A program made the translations under genes and the position numbers. From an uncultured Chloroflexia bacterium (GTDB lineage: Bacteria; Chloroflexota; Anaerolineae; Anaerolineales; Anaerolineaceae): a stretch of DNA of 32,000 nt. Location of the stretch: NCBI GenBank assembly GCA_963704755.1, contig OY969938.1:360001-392000 (forward strand), read 5' to 3'. This document shows positions 18,039 to 26,203 of the stretch, one piece after another. The notes under the pieces were generated by a model. The model was not told where the DNA came from. It made no database searches and saw nothing but the letters and a program-made list of their open reading frames with translations. How positions within the stretch are numbered: the stretch's first letter is position 1; every line of letters begins with the position of its first letter.

Positions 18039-18266
18039 ATGCCCTTATACGAGTATGTTTGCAAAGACTGCGGCCAGAAGTTCGACATGCTGCGGTCTTT
18101 CGCGGATGCCGATAAACCGGCCCATTGTAATCATTGCGAAAGCCTGAATACGCATCGCGCCCTATCCGTTTTTTACGCAAAAGGGGATAGCTTCTCAACT
18201 CCTTCGGGTAATAGCTGCGATTGCGGCAATTGCTCAGGGGGATCATGTAGTTGCTGTAACAATTAA
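18039..18266 (+). CDS. FmdB-family zinc-ribbon protein (CxxC_CxxC type) with Cys-rich tail
   Basis: MPLYEYVCKDCGQKFDMLRSFADADKPAHCNHCES, with two CxxC motifs 18 residues apart. The tail is NSCDCGNCSGGSCSCCNN. A GGAGG RBS lies 8 nt upstream. Confidence 0.85.
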   Translation: MPLYEYVCKDCGQKFDMLRSFADADKPAHCNHCESLNTHRALSVFYAKGDSFSTPSGNSCDCGNCSGGSCSCCNN

Positions 18267-18274
18267 GGCGATCC

Positions 18275-19123
18275 ATGGCATCCATAAACACTTTTTTCCA
18301 GGGGAAGAAAGCCATCATCACCGGTGGGTCGAGCGGAATTGGGCTGGCAGTCGCAAAATTATTGGTGGCCAACGGCTGTTCGGTGGCGATCCTGGCCAGG
18401 CATGAAGAGGTCTTGGAAAACGCCCGCAAGGAGCTGCTCGCTGCCGCGCGTAACGGTGAAACGGTGCTGGCCGTTCCGGCAGATGTTTCCATTCAAGAGT
18501 TGATCAACACCGCGTTAGCGACCATTACCAGCGAATTCAAAGACATCGATCTCCTCTTCAATTGCGCCGGCATCACCATGCCGGGAGAATTTGAAAAGCA
18601 GGGCACGGACGTTTTCCGTGACATGATGGAAGTCGACTATTTCGGCACCCTGTACAGCATTCAGGCCATATTGCCGGGCATGCTCGCCCGCGGCCGCGGC
18701 AATATCGTCAACATTTCATCGGTGGTGGGCTATTTAAATATTTATGGCTACTCCGCATACGGGGCCGCCAAATATGCGGTGACCGGGCTCTCCGACGCCC
18801 TGCGCATGGAGTTGAAGCCGCGCGGGATCAAAGTTTCGCTGGTGTACCCCTCCGATACGGATACGCCGCAACTGGCCTTCGAAAAACCTTACAAACCCGA
18901 ACCCACCAAGATTCTGGCCGGTAAGGACGCCGAAGTATCGGCTGATTTTGTGGCCCAGTACATATTATCGGGCGTGGCCAAAGGAAAATACGTGATCAAC
19001 CCCGGCTTTTCCAACCAACTGCTCTATTTTGGCGTCGGGCATTTAGGCCGCGGGCTGGTTTACTCCATCCTGGATGGTATGATCCGCCCGTACTTCAAGA
19101 AGAACCCGCCCGCCAATCCATAA
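18275..19123 (+). CDS. SDR-family NAD(P)-dependent oxidoreductase (ketosphinganine-reductase-like)
   Basis: AIITGGSSGIGLAVA, NCAG, and catalytic SSV...YSAYGAAKYAV (YxxxK present). Confidence 0.85.
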   Translation: MASINTFFQGKKAIITGGSSGIGLAVAKLLVANGCSVAILARHEEVLENARKELLAAARNGETVLAVPADVSIQELINTALATITSEFKDIDLLFNCAGITMPGEFEKQGTDVFRDMMEVDYFGTLYSIQAILPGMLARGRGNIVNISSVVGYLNIYGYSAYGAAKYAVTGLSDALRMELKPRGIKVSLVYPSDTDTPQLAFEKPYKPEPTKILAGKDAEVSADFVAQYILSGVAKGKYVINPGFSNQLLYFGVGHLGRGLVYSILDGMIRPYFKKNPPANP

Positions 19124-20023
19124 CTCGGCCAGCAGGACCAGGGCGACCCAAATCATATCGGTGACCAGCAGGTGCACCAACTGCATCCAGACCGGCGCCA
19201 GCAAAACCAGGTTGGTCATCCCGAATAGAATTTGTAAAACGATCAAGCCTGCCAGCCAGTTTGTTCCCTGGTGAAGTTTTGGTGAATCGGATTTGCGTTT
19301 GATCAGTTGCGCCAGGACAAATAAATATGACCCCACGCTGACCGCGATGATCGGGTGAAAGACTCTCAGCCGCAGCAAAAAATTAGCCGTGGGGGAGAAA
19401 TCTTGCTGCACACCGGCTGCCAGGCTGGTGGAAGGGAACAACGTGTCCCCCAGCGCCGTGATCGTCCCGGAAGCGCCTAAAACGATCATCAACAGAATGC
19501 CGGCCAGCAATAAAACCCCGAATGGCCGGCTGACTTTTGGTTCAGGCGGCAACCCCAGGCTGGCCCAGCGCGCCGTCAGGGCCAGGAAGCCCAGCAGCAG
19601 AAACGTGTTGCACAGGTGCAGCACGATCACAACTGCGCGGGCGACTGAATCGTTGTTTTCGACCAGGCCGAACAGCACCAGCCCGGCCCCAAAAATGGCC
19701 TCGGTCAAGATGAAGACGAATGACAGCGCAGCGCCCCAGCGAATCGCACTGCCCCTGGGAAATACGCGCCAGGCCGCGATGACCAGCAAAACCATCAGAA
19801 TGGCCGACAAACCACTGCTCATCCGGTGGGTAAACTCGATAACGGTCGCCACGGCCGGGTTCTGCGGAATCACCATACCATTGCACAGCGGCCAATGTCC
19901 CCCGCAACCCGCACCCGAACCCGTTGCGCGAACGTAAGCCCCCAGTAAAACCACAAAAATATTGTACCCGAGTGTAAACCAGGCATATTTTGCAAATGTT
20001 TTCGGTGAAGTAAATAGCCTCAT
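19043..20023 (-). CDS. ctaA: heme A synthase (COX15/CtaA family)
   Basis: GAYVRATGSGAGCGGHWPLCNG (CtaA Cys pair), multiple TM helices and conserved His (FTHR, VFHP, LVHLL). A GAGGA RBS lies upstream of ATG 20023. The 3-prime end overlaps the convergent SDR gene by 81 nt. Confidence 0.88.
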   Translation of the reverse strand: MRLFTSPKTFAKYAWFTLGYNIFVVLLGAYVRATGSGAGCGGHWPLCNGMVIPQNPAVATVIEFTHRMSSGLSAILMVLLVIAAWRVFPRGSAIRWGAALSFVFILTEAIFGAGLVLFGLVENNDSVARAVVIVLHLCNTFLLLGFLALTARWASLGLPPEPKVSRPFGVLLLAGILLMIVLGASGTITALGDTLFPSTSLAAGVQQDFSPTANFLLRLRVFHPIIAVSVGSYLFVLAQLIKRKSDSPKLHQGTNWLAGLIVLQILFGMTNLVLLAPVWMQLVHLLVTDMIWVALVLLAELWIGGRVLLEVRADHTIQDGVNQPAA

Positions 20024-20296
20024 TGGAAATCCTCAAGGTTCATCGGGATATTCGGTCACTTTACAGGTTTATTATACCGAATATGGGCGTATTGTCCTGT
20101 CGCACAGGCAGGTGATTAAGGGGTGTTTTTGCGGCTGAATCCCCCTAAAATCACCGCAAACAATGAGCTAAATGAGGAAATTGGGTTGGTTGGATCGCTC
20201 CACAGGCGTACTTTACCGCTTGTTCGGCCCATATGTTATACTTCACAGACCAATCAAATCGCGAATATGACTACTCCGGCGCATGTATAGGGGGTC

Positions 20297-20349
20297 CCGA
20301 ATTTGAGGTGTTTGCAGGGGCTTCACCCCCGCAAACACCTCAAATTCGG
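20297..20349. repeat. long imperfect hairpin, architecture similar to the 13216-13260 palindrome
   Basis: CCGAATTTGAGGTGTTTGC-a-GGGG cttca CCCC(C) GCAAACACCTCAAATTCGG: 19 perfect bp plus 4 GC pairs across a 1-nt bulge, followed by ATTTCTTTA on the + strand. Confidence 0.6.
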
Positions 20350-20422
20350 ATTTCTTTACCCTTCGGCCGGGTAATTAATCGCAATATATAATTCACCCAA
20401 AACTACTTTATCAGGAGTCATT

Positions 20423-21346
20423 ATGAAAAAAGATTTTCTTGCAGTTTCTGATTATTCCCCAGCGGAACTTCAAGGAATGCTCGATTTGGCCATACGCCTG
20501 AAAAAAGATTGGCAAGTCGGCGGCAACGAGCCCTTGTTAAAAGGCAAAGTCCTTGGAATGATCTTCCAAAAACCCAGCCTGCGGACGCGTGTTTCCTTTG
20601 ATATGGCCATGCGTCACCTGGGCGGAGATGCGCTGTACCTGTCACCGAACGAAATCGGGCTTGGCCAGCGCGAATCGATCGCCGACGTAGCGCGTGTTTT
20701 GGCCGGTTACGTCGATGGCATTATGGCGCGGGTCTTTGCCCATGATCACGTGCTGCAACTGGCCAAATGGTCCAGCGTGCCGGTAATCAACGGTTTAAGC
20801 GATTACAACCACCCCTGCCAGGCCATGGCCGATGTCCTCACCGTCCAGGAAGAGTTTGGCCCGCTCAAGGGACTGAACGTCGCTTTCGTTGGCGACGGCA
20901 ACAACGTGGCCGTTTCGATGATGCACCTGTGCACCAAGCTGGGCATTAACTTCACCCTGGCCTCGCCCGAAGGGTATGACATCACCCCGGCTGCCATCGA
21001 CATCGCCAAAGAATTCGCCGCCGCCAGTGGCAGCAAGATGAACTTCCTACGCGATCCGCACCAGGCCGTCAAAGGCGCCCACGTGATTTACACCGACACC
21101 TGGACGAGCATGGGCCAGGAAGAAGAGACCAAGAAACGCGAAGCGGTCTTCCCGCCTTACCAGGTCAACCAGGCTTTGGTTTCGGAAGCTCGCAAAGATG
21201 TGATTATCCTGCACTGCCTGCCGGCCCATCGCGGGAACGAAATCACCGACGAAGTGGCCGATGGCCCGCATTCACGCCTGTTCCCCCAGGCTCACAACCG
21301 CATGCACGCCCAAAAAGCCATCCTGGCTGAAATGATGGCGAACTGA
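20423..21346 (+). CDS. argF: ornithine carbamoyltransferase
   Basis: SLRTRVSFD (carbamoyl-phosphate site), [13 protein letters not shown] and HCLPAHRG motifs. An AGGAG RBS lies upstream. Confidence 0.93.
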   Translation: MKKDFLAVSDYSPAELQGMLDLAIRLKKDWQVGGNEPLLKGKVLGMIFQKPSLRTRVSFDMAMRHLGGDALYLSPNEIGLGQRESIADVARVLAGYVDGIMARVFAHDHVLQLAKWSSVPVINGLSDYNHPCQAMADVLTVQEEFGPLKGLNVAFVGDGNNVAVSMMHLCTKLGINFTLASPEGYDITPAAIDIAKEFAAASGSKMNFLRDPHQAVKGAHVIYTDTWTSMGQEEETKKREAVFPPYQVNQALVSEARKDVIILHCLPAHRGNEITDEVADGPHSRLFPQAHNRMHAQKAILAEMMAN

Positions 21347-21424
21347 TATACCCGGAACGTGTCGAGCGGCTGTTGAGCTTACCCAATCATCCGAATAGTT
21401 AACCAGAAACAAGACAGGAGCTTT

Positions 21425-22628
21425 ATGCTGAACTCAGGAATATATTGAGATCGAAGATCGATACGGCGCTCACAATTACCATCCCCTGGATGTCGTTCTG
21501 ACGCGGGGTGAAGGGGTGTGGGTCTATGACGTTGAGGGAAATCGTTATCTGGATTGCCTGAGTGCTTATTCGGCCCTGAACCAGGGTCACGTCCATCCAC
21601 GAATTTTGGCGGCCATGCAAGAACAGGCGGCGAAAATCACGCTGACTTCGCGCGCTTTTCGCAACGATCAGCTTCCCTTGTTTTACAAAGAATTATCGGA
21701 GTTGAGTGGCTACGGCGCCTCGCTGCCCATGAACAGCGGCGCCGAAGCCATCGAAACCGCCTTGAAGCTGGCCCGTAAATGGGCCTACCAGGTCAAGGGT
21801 GTGCCGCACGACCAGGCTGAAATCATCGTCGCCCGCGGAAATTTCCACGGGCGCACGATTTCGATTATCACCTTTTCCAGCGAGCCGCTCTATCGCGAGG
21901 ACTTCGGACCCTACACCCCCGGATTTCCCCTGGTTCCTTTCGGTGATGTAGCTGCCATAGAGCAAGCCATCACCCCTAACACCGCGGCTGTTATGCTCGA
22001 GCCGATCCAGGGCGAAGGCGGGGTGATCGTACCGCCGGCCGGCTACCTTCGCCAGGTCGCCGAGATTTGCAAAAAGAACAACGTCCTGTTCATCGCGGAT
22101 GAAATCCAGACCGGCCTGGGCCGGACCGGCAAGATGTTTGCCGTGGAGCATGAAAACGTCCGGCCGGATATGGTGGTCATCGGTAAAGCCCTTTCGGGCG
22201 GCTTTTATCCCGTTTCGGCCGTCCTGGCCGACGAGGACCTCCTCGGCCTGTTCCGCCCGGGCGAACATGGCTCCACCTTTGGCGGCAATCCGCTGGCCTG
22301 TGCCATTGCCCGCGAAGCGCTGAAAGTAATCGTCGACGAAAAGCTGGTGGAGAACGCGGCCCGCACCGGTGATTATTTCATGGAGATGCTGAATGAAATA
22401 CCCACCCACAACATCAAAGAAGTCCGCGGTAAAGGGCTGTTGATCGGGGTCGAAATGAAACCGGAAGCCGGCGGGGCACGCCGATTTTGTGAAAGCCTGC
22501 AAACGCACGGTATTCTGGCTAAAGAGACACACGAAAATGTGATCCGCTTTGCTCCGCCACTGATTATTCAAAAAGAAACCATCGATTGGGCCATGCCTGC
22601 AATTTACGACGTCCTGACGATGAAGTGA
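21425..22628 (+). CDS. rocD: ornithine--oxo-acid aminotransferase, apparent +1 frameshift after codon 2-3 (uninterrupted ORF only from 21432; first canonical in-frame start GTG 21516)
   Basis: [19 protein letters not shown], the class-III PLP fold and the [15 protein letters not shown] region. The conserved N-terminal [28 protein letters not shown] is encoded in frame upstream of 21516 but has no start codon. ATG 21425, with AGGAG 4 nt upstream, is in the -1 relative frame and terminates after 7 codons. Confidence 0.88.
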
Positions 22629-22689
22629 GCCCGGTCACAGATCCGGGCAATGCGCATATTGCGCAAACCCTGCTCGTTTCGAGGGGCAT

Positions 22690-24150
22690 ATGAATTTACG
22701 AAATACCAAGATCGTCGCCACAATAGGGCCGGCCTGCCAGGATGAGGACACTTTACGGAAGTTGATCCTTGCCGGCGTAGACGTGGCCAGGTTGAATTTT
22801 TCGCATGGTACCCACGCGGATCACGCCGAACGGATCAAACTGATCCGCAAATTATCGACCGAGATCAGTAAACCGGTAACCATCCTGCAGGATCTGCAAG
22901 GGCCTAAACTTCGAGTCGGGAAACTTCCCCCGGAAGGCATTCCGCTCAAAGCCGGTCAAAAAGTGGTGCTGACCCCCATTAGCCAGGAAACGCTCGACAA
23001 TCCTGAGTTCAAAGATGATACCTTTATCCCTTTGGACGTGCCTAATCTGGCTCGCGGGGTTAAACCCGGTAACCGCATCCTGCTCGATGATGGTAACCTG
23101 GAATTTGAAGTCAGCGATGTGGTGGGTGATTCGGTCGAAGCCAAAGTCGTCCTGGGTGGGACCCTGCTATCCAACAAAGGGGTCAATTTACCCGGGGCCT
23201 CCTTGGGCATCCCCAGCTTTACCGAAAAAGACCGCGCCGATCTGGAATTTGGCCTGCAAGCCGGGATCGACATGCTGGCGATCAGCTTTGTCGAAACCGC
23301 GGCTGACGTCGAACTGGTTCGAGCGGCTATCCGCAAGATCGATCCTTCCAAAGCCGACCTGCCGATTATTGCCAAGCTAGAGCGGCCCGAGGCGATCGAC
23401 AACCTGCACGAAATTATCCATGCTTCCGATGGAGTTATGGTGGCCCGGGGTGACCTGGGTGTCGAGACCTCGCCCGCGGTGGTGCCGATTATCCAAAAAC
23501 AGATTATCGAAATGGCCAACCGCCATGCCAAAATCGTGATCACCGCCACCCAAATGCTGGATTCGATGATCCATAACCCGCGCCCCACCCGCGCGGAAGC
23601 CTCGGATGTGGCCAATGCAATTTTTGACGGGAGCGATGCGGTCATGCTATCCGGCGAGACGGCCAGCGGCTCTTACCCCCTCGAAGCGGTGAGCATGATG
23701 GACAAGATCGCCTGCGAGGCGGAGGCCAATATCAAGACCTATGGCCACGCCAATGCCCGGCCCGAAGATGCCACTCAGGATGACGCCCTGGCACTGTCCC
23801 AGGCGGCCTGCGAACTGGCTCACGACCGGCAGGTGCGTGCGATTGCTGTTTTCACCCAGACCGGCAACACCGCCTTATTGATGTCCAAAGTCCGCCCGGA
23901 TGTGCCGATATTTGCTTTTACTCCCGAAGTAACGATTTACCGCCGCCTGGGCATAATGTGGGGAGTAGTGCCGTTCCTGGTACCCTTTGCTTCCACCCTG
24001 GAGACGATGATCGCTTCGGTCGAAGCTGCCTTGCTCTCCTCCACTCCGGTCCATCCGGGTGACCAGGTGGTGGTCATTACCGGCTTCCCCATCGGCGCCA
24101 GCCGCCTGCCGAACTTCGCCTATCTGCATACCGTTGGCGAGTGGGTTTAA
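22690..24150 (+). CDS. pyk: pyruvate kinase
   Basis: TKIVATIGPA, RLNFSHG, MVARGDLGVE and SGETA motifs; 486 aa. Confidence 0.95.
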   Translation: MNLRNTKIVATIGPACQDEDTLRKLILAGVDVARLNFSHGTHADHAERIKLIRKLSTEISKPVTILQDLQGPKLRVGKLPPEGIPLKAGQKVVLTPISQETLDNPEFKDDTFIPLDVPNLARGVKPGNRILLDDGNLEFEVSDVVGDSVEAKVVLGGTLLSNKGVNLPGASLGIPSFTEKDRADLEFGLQAGIDMLAISFVETAADVELVRAAIRKIDPSKADLPIIAKLERPEAIDNLHEIIHASDGVMVARGDLGVETSPAVVPIIQKQIIEMANRHAKIVITATQMLDSMIHNPRPTRAEASDVANAIFDGSDAVMLSGETASGSYPLEAVSMMDKIACEAEANIKTYGHANARPEDATQDDALALSQAACELAHDRQVRAIAVFTQTGNTALLMSKVRPDVPIFAFTPEVTIYRRLGIMWGVVPFLVPFASTLETMIASVEAALLSSTPVHPGDQVVVITGFPIGASRLPNFAYLHTVGEWV

Positions 24151-25287
24151 ATGGGCGGGGCCATCCAGGTCCGCTGTATCGATCCGCACGACAGACGATC
24201 GGTGCAGTCCTTCAACGCGTTCCCTCACCGGCTTTACCGGGATTATCTCTTGTGGGCGCCACCCTTCCGTTCGGAAGAGAAGTTAATCTTTGACCGGCGG
24301 CGACACCCTTTTTACCAACACTCGCTGGCAGATTTTTTCCTGGTCGAGAAGAATAACCAGGCTGTAGGGAGGTTTGCCCTTCTGCATCACCGGCCGTACT
24401 GCCAGGTGCATAACCAGAATACCGCCTTTTTTCACCTGCTGGAATTCGAACAGGACCCCGAAATCACGGCAGCCTTCGTAGATACAGCCCGTTCCTGGTG
24501 CCGGGAACATGGCCTGAACCGGCTGGCCGGCCCGCGTGGATTCCTGCGCTCGAGCGGTTATGGAACCTTGGTCGATGGTTTCGACCAGGTGCCGGCAGTT
24601 GGGATTCCATACAACCCGCCCTATTATGACGAACTGCTCACCGGCGCCGGTTTTGCAAAAGAGACTGACCTGCTTTCCGGATTCGTTACTCCGTCTTACC
24701 ATTTACCGGAGAAATTGGTCGCAGCCGCCGAAAAAATCCGCCAGGAAAATGGTTTCGAGATCGCTGCTTTTAAGCGCAAATATGAACTGCGGCCCTGGAT
24801 CGAGCAAATCAACACAGTGCTCGACCAGGCATTTGCCGGCAACCCCACCTATATGCCTATGACCGCAGCCGAATTCAAATTGGCCGCCGACAACATCTTC
24901 CAGATTGCCAACCCACGTCTGATCAAAATTATCCTGAAAGAGGGCCAGATCGCCGGATTCTTGCTGGCTTACCCCAACATATCGAAATCGATCCGCAAGA
25001 TCGATGGTAAAATTTGGCCAACCGGTTGGCTGTATTTGCTCCATGAAATTCGCACCACCCACCGCATCGACCTGAATGGCCTGGGGCTGCTGCCCCAGTA
25101 CCAGGGCCGCGGGGCCAACATTTTCCTGTACGTTGCGCTGGAGCGCACCTTGCGCGATTACGGCGCCGAATACGGGGAAATTGTGCAGGTGGACGAGCGC
25201 AATATTAAAAGCAAAGCCGATATGGACCGTCTGGGCGTGACCTGGCACAAACGCCATCGTGTATATCACCTGGAAATCGAGCCGTGA
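24151..25287 (+). CDS. uncharacterised GNAT-fold acyltransferase-like protein (~380 aa family)
   Basis: C-terminal GLLPQYQGRGANIFLY fits the GNAT motif A (Q/RxxGxG/A). The N-terminal half is conserved-looking but I do not recognise it. The ATG directly abuts the pyk stop (TAAATG). Confidence 0.6.
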   Translation: MGGAIQVRCIDPHDRRSVQSFNAFPHRLYRDYLLWAPPFRSEEKLIFDRRRHPFYQHSLADFFLVEKNNQAVGRFALLHHRPYCQVHNQNTAFFHLLEFEQDPEITAAFVDTARSWCREHGLNRLAGPRGFLRSSGYGTLVDGFDQVPAVGIPYNPPYYDELLTGAGFAKETDLLSGFVTPSYHLPEKLVAAAEKIRQENGFEIAAFKRKYELRPWIEQINTVLDQAFAGNPTYMPMTAAEFKLAADNIFQIANPRLIKIILKEGQIAGFLLAYPNISKSIRKIDGKIWPTGWLYLLHEIRTTHRIDLNGLGLLPQYQGRGANIFLYVALERTLRDYGAEYGEIVQVDERNIKSKADMDRLGVTWHKRHRVYHLEIEP

Positions 25288-25294
25288 GAAAAAT

Positions 25295-26146
25295 ATGAAG
25301 ACTTATGACACGATCATCGATCCTGAGACACTAAAGCTGCACCTGGATGACTCGGATTGGGTCATCATTGATTGCCGCTTCGAATTATTAGAACCAGAGT
25401 GGGGGTTTGAAGATTATCAGGCCGGGCACATTCCGGGGGCGGTCTTTGCCGACCTCAACCGGGACCTGGCCGGGCCGATCACGGCCACCAGCGGGCGCCA
25501 CCCGCTGCCGGCCGATGAGTTTTTCCGCCAGACGGCCTCTCGTTTTGGCATCGATGCGTCCAAACAGGTGGTGGTTTACGATACCGTGGACGGCGCATTT
25601 GCCGCCCGGCTGTGGTGGCTGCTGCAAAAGTTCGGCCACACCCGCGTGGCCGTGCTGGAAGGCGGGCTTGGCACCTGGCAGGCCAAGGGCTACCCGATCT
25701 CCAGCGGCATTGAGACCAATTCTCCTGCAATATTTACCGGCCAGCCTGATTATCGTGAAGTCGTCAGCGCAGCCGATTTGATTGGCATGCTGCACCAGGC
25801 GGATATCCGCATCGTTGACGCCCGCTCCAAAGAGCGCTTCCGCGGCGACGATAGCCCACTCGACCCGATCAACGGGCATATCCCCGGCAGTCTAAACCGC
25901 GACTACCACCTCAACCTGGACGCAAACGGGTACTTCCTTCCCCCAGCAGAATTGCACGCCCGCTTCAGCGAGCTATTAGGCGACGTAACACCAGAAAACA
26001 CGATCTTGTATTGCGGCTCCGGCGTTACAACCTGTTTTCAATACCTGGCTATGCGAATATCCGGCTTTACCGGGATGCGCATCTACCCCGGCTCGTGGAG
26101 CGAATGGATTCGCGACCCGGACCGGCCGGTCGAAAAAGGCGAATAA
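25295..26146 (+). CDS. sseA: tandem-rhodanese sulfurtransferase (thiosulfate/3-mercaptopyruvate type)
   Basis: Two rhodanese domains, AGHIPGA in the first and the active-site loop YCGSGVTTC in the second. ATG 25295 (MKTYDTIIDPETL) is preferred over the upstream ORF opening at 25259. Confidence 0.88.
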   Translation: MKTYDTIIDPETLKLHLDDSDWVIIDCRFELLEPEWGFEDYQAGHIPGAVFADLNRDLAGPITATSGRHPLPADEFFRQTASRFGIDASKQVVVYDTVDGAFAARLWWLLQKFGHTRVAVLEGGLGTWQAKGYPISSGIETNSPAIFTGQPDYREVVSAADLIGMLHQADIRIVDARSKERFRGDDSPLDPINGHIPGSLNRDYHLNLDANGYFLPPAELHARFSELLGDVTPENTILYCGSGVTTCFQYLAMRISGFTGMRIYPGSWSEWIRDPDRPVEKGE

Positions 26147-26150
26147 AAAA

Positions 26151-26195
26151 GGACGATTTTGCGCTGCGGGTGGCGCCCGCAGCGCAAAATCGTCC
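26151..26195 (-). terminator. intrinsic terminator for korB (long-stem hairpin, T-tract on minus strand)
   Basis: GGACGATTTTGCGCTGCGGG-tggcg-CCCGCAGCGCAAAATCGTCC: a perfect 20-bp stem. The + strand has AAAAAA just 5-prime of it, so the minus-strand transcript ends hairpin+UUUUUU. It lies between convergent genes. Confidence 0.8.
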
Positions 26196-26203
26196 CATAG
26201 AAA

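Noticed and set aside
14651-18266. Interpreting radical SAM + Cys-rich FmdB peptide as a RiPP (SCIFF/ranthipeptide-like) biosynthetic cluster.
   Set aside because: The radical SAM protein is the large B12-domain/DUF2344-partnered housekeeping type, not a SPASM/twitch peptide maturase. Two unrelated genes separate it from the peptide. Cys/Gly/Ser tails are common across the FmdB family, and no transporter or protease is present.
20172-20270. 32-codon ORF (MRKLGWLDRSTGVLYRLFGPYVILHRPIKSRI, 5 Arg) upstream of the argF hairpin, as a possible Arg-sensing leader peptide.
   Set aside because: No RBS, the Arg codons are scattered rather than clustered, and it ends 27 nt before the hairpin. It is too weak to call and is mentioned only as something TSS or ribosome-profiling data could revive.
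20371-20400. ArgR/AhrC-type ARG box near the argF promoter (TCGCAATATATAATTCAC).
   Set aside because: Only the right half (AATTCA) resembles the TGAAT-N4-ATTCA consensus. The left half does not match and there is no tandem second box.
22629-22689. Small hairpins after rocD (GCCCGG-N8-CCGGGC; TGCGCA-TAT-TGCGCA) as a terminator or operator before pyk.
   Set aside because: Short stems, no U-tract and only a 61-nt gap. They are compatible with rocD-pyk co-transcription and are not distinctive enough to call.
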